This document shows, one piece after another, positions 38,330 to 49,050 of a stretch of 64,000 bases of DNA. Source of the DNA: Squalus acanthias. Taxonomy: Eukaryota. The stretch is taken from NCBI GenBank assembly GCA_030390025.1, contig CM059425.1:173912001-173976000 (forward strand), read 5' to 3'. The first letter of the stretch is position 1. Each line of letters opens with the position of its first letter. Below the pieces are notes generated by a model. It was not told where the DNA came from. It was given only the letters and a program-made list of their open reading frames with translations, and searched no databases. The position numbers were made by a program, and so were the translations under genes.

Positions 38330-39481
38330 CTAGAAGCGGCTTGCTATTAGTCGTTGACGGACGGCCCTTGCAGTTTGACCATTGTGGGCCGCCCTCCTGC
38401 CTTGGTGCTGCTGATGATCATCGTCCTCGTCCTCTTCCTCCTCCTCCTCTGGTGGTGCTACAAGGCCTGGTGGCATTGGCTGGGTCCTGAGGATTGCCAT
38501 GTTGTGCAACATGCAGCACACGACTACGAAGTTCGAAACTTGCTCAGGCGAGTACTGCAGGGCTCCTCCGGAATGGTCCAGACAGCGGAACCGTTGTTTC
38601 AGCACGCCGATTGTGCGCTCAATAATGTTCCTGGTTGCTTGATGGCTTTCATTGTACCGCAGCTCAGCAGGGGTGTTTGGCGTACGGAGCGGTGTCATCA
38701 GCCAGGTGCTCAATGCGTACCCCTTGTCCCCCAGAAGCCAACCAACTGGCTGATGCGGTGCTTCGAAAACTTCTGCCACAGTAGTCTGGCGCAGGATGAA
38801 AGCATCGTGGCAGCTGCCCGGATAGTGGGCATTGACAGCGAGTATCACCTGTCTGTGGTCACAGACCAACTGCACATTCAAGGAATGGAACCCCTTTCTG
38901 TTCCTGAATTCCTCTGCATTCTCTCGCGGAGCACGCAAAGCCACATGCGTGCAGTCAATGGCGCCCTGCACCATGGGGAAGCCCGCTACCCTCGCAAAGC
39001 CCAGAGCACGGTCACGCTGCTTGTCTGGGGTCATAGGGAAAGAGATGAAGTCTCGTCTCCTTCTGAAGAGGGCATTGGTGACCTGCCGGATGCAGCGATG
39101 CACCGCAAACTGGGAGATATTGGCGAGGTCCCCAACAGCAGCTTGGAATGAGCCAGTGGCGTAGAAGTTCAAAGCCACTGTGACCTTCACTGCCACCGAC
39201 AGAGACGTCCTGGACCTCAGCTGAGGCTGCAGATCTGGCTGCAGCAGGTGGCAGAGCTCAGTGACCACCTCCTTGCTGAATCGCAGCCTTCGCAAACACA
39301 GCTCCTCGGACATATGGATGTAGGAGAGCTGTTCACGATATACCCTGGGAGGGTAAGCTCTCCTGTACATGCGCCTGATGGCCCTCCTCCGTCTGGCCAT
39401 CATTGCCACTCTCTGTCTGCGTCTCGGTATCCTCCGATTCAGCTGGAGCAGGACGACGCCCCCAATCATTGCAGCCCCCAT
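38330..39481 (-). CDS. Harbinger (HARBI1-like) DDE transposase, 383 aa from the ATG at 39481
   Basis: Uninterrupted ORF with GAIDCTH, NRKGFHSLNVQLVCD, LLGDKGY and RNIIERTIG motifs (D-D-E intact) plus an acidic C-terminal run. A TATTTAAA box lies upstream on the - strand at about 39676-39683. Confidence 0.93.
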   Translation of the reverse strand: MGAAMIGGVVLLQLNRRIPRRRQRVAMMARRRRAIRRMYRRAYPPRVYREQLSYIHMSEELCLRRLRFSKEVVTELCHLLQPDLQPQLRSRTSLSVAVKVTVALNFYATGSFQAAVGDLANISQFAVHRCIRQVTNALFRRRRDFISFPMTPDKQRDRALGFARVAGFPMVQGAIDCTHVALRAPRENAEEFRNRKGFHSLNVQLVCDHRQVILAVNAHYPGSCHDAFILRQTTVAEVFEAPHQPVGWLLGDKGYALSTWLMTPLRTPNTPAELRYNESHQATRNIIERTIGVLKQRFRCLDHSGGALQYSPEQVSNFVVVCCMLHNMAILRTQPMPPGLVAPPEEEEEEDEDDDHQQHQGRRAAHNGQTARAVRQRLIASRF

Positions 39482-41764
39482 ATTCTCTTTGCCAGAAAAG
39501 TAATGAGGTACAGCAACTAAAGTAGCAACAAAGTTAGGATGAATAGGCAAAACTACCTCACAAAGCGTTGAGTCAATGTAGAAGTCTCTCTCTCTCTCTC
39601 TCCGAATCTCTCTCTCTCTCTCAGAACGAGTGGTGCATAAATGTCGACCACAGAAAAAGACAGGAAGAGGCCCCCTTTAAATAGCGCCCCCCCCAGCCCC
39701 ACACCGATTGATAGCGTTCCAGTCTTCCGGTCGTTGGAAGCGCCAGGCGGTAAGGCAGGGGGCGCCACTCAATTTCCGCTCCGGGGCGCCCCAAGGGCGT
39801 TGCACCATGGAATGACGTCACAATCTGCGCGCGCAGGTGGTCGCAGCGGTAAGTTTTAGCGCCGTCGCACAATCTCAAGTTAAGTTCTCGAGCGGCGCAA
39901 ACATCGCTGCGCCCGGGCGTTAGCGGCTTAACGCCCCATTAGCGCCCTCTTAAGACGCTAACGGGAGGCGCAACCAAGTGAATTTTTACCCCTTTATTTT
40001 CACCACTTTTCCATCTTGGACACATTTGTGTGCACCTTTGGAAGTGGCTTAGTGAGTTGCAGCGAATTGTGAGACTTAACGGTACCTCCAGCAATGGTGG
40101 TGAATGTGGAAGGAATGGCTTGGTCATTGCAGGGATGCTTTATGGTGATGCTGTGGTGGGAATGCAGTGAGCAACAGCTTGTGCCTGAGGAAACTGATCA
40201 GCTGTCAGGTGGGAGCTTTTATAGTACATTTCATGCTGTCAACTAATCAGCTGGCGCAATGGACACTCCACTCCCACCTCAGGTTGACAGATGTGCTTCC
40301 CGAGCAGCGTGGTTCCCATGGCCATCCAGGTAAATTTAAAATGTAGTGGGAAAAAGGCTCTTGAGTGTCTGTAAACAAGATTATAATGATTTGAATTAGG
40401 TTGCCCGCCTCTGCCGGTCAGGTCGCTGCCGTGCTGGCAAACACGCCCGAGGAAAAGGCGCGTGGGGGCGGGATGACGGCGGGTTCCCGACCCGCTCCCA
40501 CTTTTTTCAAATTTCCCACCCGACCCACCTCCATTAGCGCCCACATGGACCACAGAAAATTCTGGCCAATGGCTTTGGTCTTCCTAATATTTAGTTGGAG
40601 GAAATTTCTGTTCATCCAGTACTGGATGTAGGACAAGCAGTGTGACAAATCAGACACATTGGAGGTGTCGAGAGATGTGATGGTGAAGTAGAACTGGGTG
40701 TTGTCAGCGTACATGTGGAATCTGACGTGTTTTTGGATGATGTTGCTGAGGGCAGCATGTAGATGAGAAATAGGAGGGGGCCAAGGATAGATCCTTGGGG
40801 TACACCAGAGGTAACGGTGCAGGAGCGGGAAAAGAAGCCATTTGCAGATGATTCTTTGGCTACGATTGGATAGGTAAGAAAGTAACTAGGCGAGGGCAGT
40901 CCCACCCAGCTGGACGACGGAGGAAAGGTGTTGGAGGAGGATGGTGTGGTCAACCGTGTCAAAGGCTGCAAATAGGTCGATAAGGACAAGGAGGAATACT
41001 TTACCACAGTCATATAGAATGTCATTTGTGACTTTGATTTGGGCTGTTTCAGTACTGTGGCAGGGGCGGAAATCTGATTGGAGGGACATGGAGTTGCGGG
41101 ACAGATGGACACGGATTTGGGAACCGTCAATATGTTCAAGGACTTTGGAGAGGAATGAGAGGTTGAAGATGAGGCAGTAGTTTGCAAGGATGTTTCCACT
41201 TGTGGGGGAATCAAAACTAGGGCCCATAAATATAAGATAGTCACTGGTAAATCCAATAGTAAATTCAGGAGAAACTTCTTTACCTAGAGAGTTGTTAGAA
41301 TGTGGAACTCGGTACCACAAGGCAGAGTTGAGGCCAATAGCATAGATGCATTTTAGGGGAATCTAGCTAAGCACGAGGGAGAAAGGAATTGAAGATTATG
41401 CTGATAGGGTTAGAGGAAGAGGAGTGGGAGGAGGCTATTGTGGAGCATAAACACTGGCTTGGACCAGTTGGGCCGAATGGCCTGTTTCTGCACTGTACAT
41501 TCTATGTAATCCTATGTATTAAAAATTTATAAAGGGCCCTTGTGCAATACTACGAAGTGGTACGTTATGCGAATATTGATGTGGTAATGTGACAATCTCA
41601 ATTGGCAAATTTATCACAAACCCACTGTACATATTGCAGTAACTTGACAGTCGAAGTTCCTGGCTCTTATTAAAAGCTAATCAATTTTTCATGAATACAA
41701 ATCGTCAGACTGACATAAAAATACTCATTACTTTGCCTTTACTAACAAACTTTACTTTTTGTAG

Positions 41765-41837
41765 GATTGTTGAAAAGGGATATTACAGTGAAAAAGATGC
41801 TGCAGATGCTGTCAAACAAATTCTGGAGGCAGTTGCA
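41765..41837 (+). CDS. CAMK4: Next coding exon of CAMK4 (R-IVEKGYYSEKDAADAVKQILEAVA)
   Basis: 73-bp exon with a ctttttgtag acceptor and a gtaagt donor. AG+G reconstitutes the Arg codon with the upstream exon. The peptide matches CaMKIV IVEKGYYSERDAADAVKQILEAVA. Confidence 0.93.
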
Positions 41838-42613
41838 GTAAGTTTTAATTATTGTCATTCATGTTAATATTTGATCTTGGACATTCTGATTTTGGCCGTT
41901 CATAGCTTCAGACTGGAAATCTCAATTAAAAACACTTAAAGCAGTACCCTATGGTGAGAGATATAGTTTTCAAATTATGTACAATGCAAAACACCTAGAA
42001 GTACATTTTCTTCAACATTGGTAGTGAAAAGTTGTTGTGCGGGTTTCTTTACCTATATACTCATGTTGACTTTTCGCTACCATTCGAGAATGAAGGGAAA
42101 TATGCTCTCTAATGTTAAATGATAGAAAAATAAATTTCACTATTTTAGTTTTCTACATTGACTATTTTTACACATTTATGTATTACGCATATAAGCGAAA
42201 GGTGTTTCTCTACTTATGATTGGTTAAAATACTTCAGCAATACAGCAAGGCCTTTTTATAGTATTAGACACTCCTTTCTTATCTAATTTAGCTATTGGGT
42301 TCTCTGCATATAAGTTGTAAACGCTATTTTACTATTTGGTTATTTAAATATATATATATTTACATAGATCACTACTACCTATTCAAATAGATTTTCAATA
42401 GGTTTAAGATTAAAAGTTGTCAAATGTCTCCTAATATATGCTAATTTAGTACATTTTGTGTTTAGTTTATAAAATAATTTCAAGTTCAGTGGTTCAGTGT
42501 TAATGGGATATGTGTGCACAGAAAAAGGAGATTTAACAATCAGTTTGTGAATCTGTCACATTGTATTATAGCTTTGCTCTGGAAGATTATAATTGAAACT
42601 GTAAGCACACATT

Positions 42614-42766
42614 GGGGGTGTAATTGGTCTTCAGCAGTAGTGCAAAACAGGTGATGATGAATCGGCAGCCCATTTTATACCCCACATGATTTTCTTTTCC
42701 ATATAAGTGAAAATTGGGTGGGGTGTAAAACTGAATACTGATTCACCAAAGACCAGTTTCACCCCC
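42614..42766. mobile_element. Small palindromic MITE (153 bp)
   Basis: GGGGGTGTAATTGGTCT / AGACCAGTTTCACCCCC termini; flanks ATT and ACT. Confidence 0.7.
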
Positions 42767-45128
42767 ACTATCCTTGCCTAACAATTAAACAAGTGACTTT
42801 CACCCATTAGAGAAGACAAAAATGCATGAAGCCAGTTTATTTAGTTAATCAGTAATATTTAATAACAGCAATATTGTACCTGGTATACAATGCATATTAA
42901 TAAGGTATATTATACATAAGAAAATATCCTGCCTTATTTCTTCACGTCTGTAAACTGACTTTAGATCATAGGAATAAAAATCATATAATGCTTTTATTAA
43001 AGTGACATGTATTCAGCCTTAAAAGGGTGACTGTTGATCAAGTTAAAATATAACAGAAGTTGTAAAAGCTTTGATGGATATGGTTTATTCAAACATTGGA
43101 CCAAAATGGATCAAGTATTCCCTCATTGAGACTTCTAGTAAAATCGCAGGCGTCATTGATGACAAGTCAAAGCATCAAGTAATGAAGGCTCCCTGGTGTC
43201 ATCAAGTTTCAGGTGGAGCTGATAAAGTACTCGGTAAAGATTGCTTTTTAATGACCATGGCGAATATGGGTTTTCTTTGAGAGCAGGAAAAGATGTGCAA
43301 AATGTTTTTTTTTTAATTGCTGTATTTCAAGAATTAAGGATCCATGAGAAAAAGCATTGATACCACACAGACCCACCCAGAACAATTTTGTTTGCATTCT
43401 CCACTGAAAGTCTTATTCCAAATCTTAGGGAATATCAAGGCTGTAGCTAGTGCATTAATACAATGGCAAAATGGTGCTTTGTGCTGAAAACAACTTGCAC
43501 GAATATAAATTGTAATGAACAAAATAAAATGTCTGAAAGAGCTTCACAGATGCAAAAATAACCAGAACAAGAAATTAAATGAGGATTGGGGAGGTGTGTG
43601 AAACCAAGATCAAAAAGGTAGATTTTAAGGTTTTTGAATGAAATCATAGAGGTAGCAAAGTGGTGAAATTTCGGGAGAGAAGTATAAGGAAAGACATCTG
43701 AAGGCTCTGCAGCTGAAAGTGGACTAGTGAGAAGTGAGGACGTGAAGGAGGTCAGAATTGATAAAGCGGAGGGTGTGTACTGTAACATAGGGCTAAAGAA
43801 GGTAGTGAGAATGACTCCATGGAGGGATTTTTGATGATTTTGAAATCAATGCATAGGCAGGTACGGAACTAATGAACACATATGAACATAATGTGGGATA
43901 GAGAAGAGCAGAACTCAGGAGGCCACCGCGGAGACGCTTGGCATAATCGAGTCGGGAAGTTATAAAGATGACATAAATGTTTCAGCAGCAGTGGGGCTGA
44001 AATAGGGGCAGAGACGGGCAGTGTTACAGAGGTGGAAATGGGACGTGAAGTTTGAAGCTCAACTCCAGGTCAAATAGGACACTGAGGTTGCACATAATCT
44101 GGCTCAGTCTATGTGACAAGGATAGTACTTCGTGCAATTCAAGTTTGATATAGATATAATTCTGAAAAATTCCTTGGGCTAGAAATTCGTTATAGCCAAG
44201 GAATGGGCTGTGTTTAGACTAAAAATGATGAATTAGCGCCAGATAAAAATTGACTAGACTGCACGCAAAATTCGTCCTCACTCCTCAGTAAAATGATTGG
44301 AGCCATAAATCTAGTCTAAAAACCTAAGCTCATTGGCGTTACACTGAAAAGATGGACCAGTATCGGGTGTAGTCTAAACCTAAGTAATGATTGCCACAGA
44401 CTTTTTTCACTACTTAAAAGGGAGTTGCATTGATGCTGCATCACCTCATTCTCAGCATTGTTGGCTGTGCAGCTGCCTCAACAATCATAAGAAGAAGGAG
44501 AAGGAGCACTTATTTACAAATCCTGATGGCAGATTGCCACCCCAGGGAGAGAGCCCGCAGGTTTTCCCATGAAGCTTTGGAGGCATTGGCTTTAGCGGTG
44601 GAGAGAAGGCGGCCGGTCCTGTACCCACCAACTGGCAGGAGGCCCTCGCCACAAGTCTGCTGCACTATGTGGAGGAAGGTGGCACACCGCATCACGGACA
44701 GCACTGTGGTCCCCAGGACCCACACCCAGTGCAGGAATAACTTTAACAAGCTCACATGGGTAGGCAGGGTGAGTGAAGGCTTCAACAAATGTTACATACC
44801 ACCCACCATCTGTACCACAAACTTCACACACTGCTCAATGCACCATACCCCCAGCACTCACCCACCAACAATCTCTACCTACCAACACTCACACCCACAT
44901 CTCACAGCTTGCACACAATGACAGCTATTCAACTATGGCAGGCACATGGGTCATTAGTTATTAGAATGCATTTGATATGTGTGATATGTTTATGCATAAA
45001 TTTATTAATAGAGTTTGGAATATTTTGTGGTCTCCCTCATTTCACCTTTGTGCCCAGGAGGACGCTGTGATATGGCATGACACAGGGATGGTGTGATGGG
45101 GATGTGGTGAGCTACGGGGATCTGGGGT

Positions 45129-45429
45129 TTCATTCATTCAAATCGGAGTCTGATGAGCCGGTCACGGACCGCCCGTCTGGAAGCCCGATTGTCCGGCTGC
45201 CTCCTCCGTCCCTCCTGTTCCTCATCTTCTTCCTCCTCCCACTGCGCACATGTTCCCGTCTTCCTCGTTGCCTCCGCTCCCTCCGCTGTAGATCCTGGAG
45301 GGCGAGGTGGACTGTCAGTACAGCCCCCATGACTTTTAGCAAGGAAGAACGGAGGAGGCAGCCGGACAATCGGGCTTCCAGACGGGCAGTCCGTGACCGG
45401 CTCATCAGACTCCGATTTGAATGAATGAA
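45129..45429. repeat. Inverted repeat with 81-bp arms (1 mismatch) and a 139-bp spacer
   Basis: 45129-45209 reverse-complements 45349-45429. Confidence 0.93.
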
Positions 45430-45573
45430 TCTTTCAAGAATAAACTTTGTACTTTTCTACTTACCACAACACTCCTGATACCAAAGAACCTTCAAATCAC
45501 TAAATAAAACTGTTGCAGTATTAGGAACTAACACACAGGCACTTAAACTTCACTAAGCTGTCAGGTGTGAGTG

Positions 45574-46432
45574 GGGATATAGACAGGCTAAGTGAGTGGG
45601 CGAGAACATGGCAAATGGAATATAATGTGGAAAAATGTGAAGTTATCCACTTTGGTAGGAAAAATAGAAAAGCAGAGTATTTTTTAAATGGTGAGAGATT
45701 GGGAAATGTTGGTGTTCAGAGGGACCTGGCTGTCTTTGTACATGATACACTGAAAGTTAACATGCAGGTACAGCAAGCAATTAGGAAAGCAAATGGTATG
45801 TTGGCCTTTATTACAAGAGGATTTGAGTATAAGAATAAAGATGTCTTACTGCAATTATATAGGGCCCTGGTGAGACCACACCTGGAGTATTATGTACAGT
45901 TTTGGTCTCCTTACCTAAGGAAGGATATACTTGCCATAGAGGGAGTTCAACGAAGGTTCTCCAGGCTGGTTCCTGGGATGGGGGGATTGTCCTGTGAGGA
46001 GAGATTGAGTAGACTAGGCCTATATTCTCTAGAGTTTAGAAGAATGAGAGGCGATCTCATTGAAACATACAAAATACTTACAGGGCTTGACAGGGTAGAT
46101 GCAGGGAGGATGTTTCCCCTGACTGGGGAATCTAGAACCAGGGGTCACAGTCTCAGAGTAAGGAGTCGGCCATTTGAGATGAGGAGAAATTTCTTCACTC
46201 AGAGGGTGGTGAATCTTTGGAATTCTCTACCCCAGAGGACTGTGGAGGCTCAGTCGTTGAGTATATCCAAGACAGAGATTGATAGATTTTTGAATATTAA
46301 TGGAATCAAGGGATATGGGGATAGTGCAAGAAAGTGGATATGAGGTAGAAGATCAGCCATGATTTTATTGAATGACGGAGCAGGCTTGAAGGGCCAAATG
46401 GCCTACTCCTGCTCCCATTTCTTATGTTCTTA
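45574..46432 (+). mobile_element. Young 5'-truncated CR1
   Basis: Open 258-aa ORF2 C-terminus, TSD TGAGTG (45568-45573 and 46433-46438), very similar to 16320-17170. Confidence 0.9.
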
Positions 46433-46455
46433 TGAGTGATTGGGGCTGATCCCTT

Positions 46456-47019
46456 TGTTGGTGAAAAATTAATTCACTCGAGTCTGTCTTAAAGTAAAAG
46501 ATCACAGTTTATTATTCAGAGCGCTCCGGGAGAATTCAGAGCGCTCTGGGAGAAGGATCATAGCCTACGGTCTCATGACCAGCTTCTCAACTTAACAATG
46601 GTCACCCAAGCTTCTTTATACACTTCCAAAAGCCAGAAAATACAAACATCAGCACAGTCATTACATCACAAGCGACTCTTATGGTCTCTAAAAACAACTT
46701 GTTTTAGAATCTTACAATGTTAGCGAAACTCATCTTTTAATTCTGCTTTTTGTTAGCCATCTGCGCTGCGAGGTTTCATTCTTACAAATATTCGAGGTTA
46801 GTTTATAGAAAAACAATGATTCACATTTTTGTTCTGCGGTGTCTGCATTATCTATACTGCAGCCTAAGCAAGTTGGTCTTTTATCTAATTATACCCCTGT
46901 CTCCATGCCTAAGGGAGATACTTTGACCTTTACTATAGTCCTTTAAGCAGTTCAACTAATCTTAAACATTACAACTGATTTGCCCTTACATTATTACAAT
47001 TAAATTTTTTACTCTTACA
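46456..47019 (-). mobile_element. Solo LTR (ERV- or Gypsy-type), 564 bp
   Basis: TGT...ACA termini with 4-bp TSD CCTT. On the - strand, GTATAAAG (46614-46621) is followed by AATAAA (46508-46513) about 50 bp from the end. Confidence 0.75.
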
Positions 47020-48499
47020 CCTTTAAATAACGTCCCTGGAGCTGGCTTCCTGGTGCTGCACGCCAGCTCTCCCTGTTGTTGTTAACTCCAGGTGGTGAGG
47101 TAAGTGGCGAGAAGCAATTTGGCAGATCGGGTGTTGAGTGAGCGTTACACACTCACTGACGTCACAATCTCCCTGGCGTTGAAGTCCCCGGCAATTGCTG
47201 TTACCGACAGCGCTACAGGGGGTCCCGATTTGGCGTGCGGTGCTGGATTCGACAGGTGCTGTCGTTACAGCTCTCAACGCTGCATTAGCACCATCTACTG
47301 GTGCTAACAGGCGGTGCTAAGGGGGCGAATTTTTCTCCCCATTTGTTTAAATTTTGGTGTATATGTCCAAAAATACCTGTTTTTGCTCTTTAAGTTTACC
47401 CATACATCATGCCAGACTCTACCTAAGAGAACAGCTTCTGTCAGTGCCTCTCAAAATGACTATTAAAAGGTGCACCCTTGTTTGACACTCCATTACTTAA
47501 AAAGTAATTCCCCTGCCCTCAAAAGAAGTAGTAGCTCACTTCGGCTTTACTTCTCCTTGCTGACCGTATCCTAACTCGCACCAAGTCCCGTTCACTCATC
47601 ACCCCACGCTGACCTACATTGGCTCCTGGTTCGGCAACAGCTTGATTGTAAAATTCTCATCCTTGTTTTCAAATCTCTCCACGGCCTAACCCCTCCCTAT
47701 CTCTATAACCTCCTACAACCCTCCGAGATCTCTGCTCTCCTCCAATTCTGGCCTCTTGCACATCCCCGATTTTCATTACTCCTCCATAGGCAGCTATACC
47801 TTCAGCTGCCTAGCCTCTAAGCTCTGGAATTCCCACCTTAAACCTCAGGATAGTAAAAAAGGTATCTACTCCAGTGTTTTCAGCCAATTACTTGACAATT
47901 CAATTACTTGTGCAAGGCAGAGTAATGACTGGTGTGCTGTCTTGACTGCTGAAATAAGGGTAGCAATGGAAAAGAGAGGTGGAAAAACAAATTTAGGTTT
48001 ACATTTTTACAATCCATCAAATCATTATAGGGCAGCTGAGTCGTTTAGGAATCGTTCTCTATGATAATTGGCTCCATGAAGAAGGTTGAAAGTTACATAT
48101 ATATTTCACATTATTCAATTTTTTGACAGGAATGTAATTGTGCAATGTTGTTTACCTCATGTGGTTGGAGCCAGATGTCTCTATTTTTAATTGCTAACAC
48201 TGACTTCTCATATTGACAGCATATGCACAGGCCAGCACTTAAGTGAGCAAAGCTATGTATAATTAATGCTGGTGAATTAATTTATGTGGCATGCTGAAAT
48301 TCTATTTTAAAATGTTGTTTTTCTATTTCAGTCTTGCATTCCAAAAAATCAAATAAAAGTCAAATCAGTTTTGCTTTTACTAAGTCTCATTTGTAAAATA
48401 TGCTTAAGTTTTGTGAAAACAATAGTGTTTGGCCTGTTTTATTGAGAGGGGTTGTATCCTGTTTCAAACTTTCTGAAATACAGAATCTGCCTAATGGAG

Positions 48500-49050
48500 A
48501 AGTGGAGTAATGGAAAAAATAATGAGACTGAAGATTGACAAATCTCCAGGAACTGGTGGTTTCTTCCCCAGGGTATTAAAAGAAGTAGGTGAGAAAATTG
48601 CAGACCCTTTAGTCATGATCTTTCAAAACTCTCTTGATTCAGGAATTCTGCCCTTGGATTTGAAAATTGCCAATGTCGGTCCATTACTTAAGAAGGGTGG
48701 GAGAGATAAATCAGGAAATTATAGACCTATTTCTCTAACGTCTGTTGGGGGGAAATTACTCAAATCTATGATTAGCGTAAGTGACTGAGCACTTGGACAA
48801 ATATGAACTAATCAGAGAGAGCCAGCATGGATTTGTAAAGGGCAAGTCATGTCTAACTAACCTAGTAGATTTTTTGAGGAGGCCACTAACATGGCAGATA
48901 AGGGAATGTCTATGGATGTTATTTATGTGGACTTCCATAAGGCATTCGATATGGTTCCACACAAGAGACTGTTAGCAAAGCTTGAAGGGAATGGAAATTG
49001 AGGCAACCTTTTGACATGGGTAGGAAATTGGTTAGAAGGTAGGAGACAGA
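48500..49050 (+). mobile_element. Decayed CR1 RT fragment
   Basis: DKSPG, NYRPISLTSV and SQHGFVKGKSCLTNL motifs. Confidence 0.82.

Larger units (their letters stand above)
35801..39992. mobile_element. Apparently intact autonomous PIF/Harbinger DNA transposon (4192 bp)
   Basis: TIRs GGGGTAGAAATT / AATTTTTACCCC, 3-bp flanking duplication TTT, CpG-rich subterminal regions, and convergent intact transposase and Myb/SANT-like genes. Confidence 0.92.
33917..40567. mobile_element. Older non-autonomous Harbinger (decayed Myb gene on +, ~34208-35710) interrupted by the intact element
   Basis: TIRs GGCTGGAATTTTCT / AGAAAATTCTGGCC with TSD AAT. Myb exon MTTQRQRAAPRFSNDAL...AWLEIAEEV is frameshifted by a 26-bp duplication (34371-34422). 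Confidence 0.85.
33117..41185 (-). mobile_element. L2-type LINE 3' fragment split by the Harbinger insertion
   Basis: RT remnants DLFAAFDTVDH, GVPQGSILGP, MYADNTQ and NFLQLNIRKTKAI|IVFSP are continuous across the AAT TSD. (GTT)n-type tail at about 33117. Confidence 0.8.
30964..41517 (+). mobile_element. CR1 LINE 3' fragment broken into pieces (30964-31030, 31821-31828, 32722-33116, ~41186-41517)
   Basis: DKCEVVHFGRKN followed by LDNKSLN.VEEQRDLGV is reconstituted after removing two MITEs. CR1-type 3' UTR with a tctatgtaatcctatgta tail. Confidence 0.8.
44176..47340. mobile_element. Rearranged Harbinger (Myb exon 1 on + at 44526-44768; fused N- and C-terminal transposase remnant on -) hosting a CR1 and a solo LTR
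   Basis: GGGCTAGAAATTCG / CGAATTTTTCTCCCC ends and the peptide MADCHPRERARRFSHEALE...CRNNFNKL followed by a gtgagt donor. Confidence 0.75.

Noticed and set aside
38330..39550. Domesticated host gene HARBI1 (with NAIF1/MSANTD as partner)
   Set aside because: It is enclosed by TIRs and a TSD, nested in other TEs and has MITE relatives, so it is a transposon gene. The track's TTG start at 39550 is less likely than the ATG at 39481, which matches the MG- starts of paralogous copies.
30592..41538. 13-bp direct repeat TTTATAAAGGGCC at 30592 and 41526 as the TSD of a fifth nesting level
   Set aside because: It overlaps a MITE terminus and does not abut the CR1 5' end. It may be coincidental and cannot be resolved without the empty site.
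36159..41837. In-frame Myb-CAMK4 fusion by splicing
   Set aside because: The Myb donors are phase 0 and 1, whereas the CAMK4 acceptor at 41765 needs phase 2.
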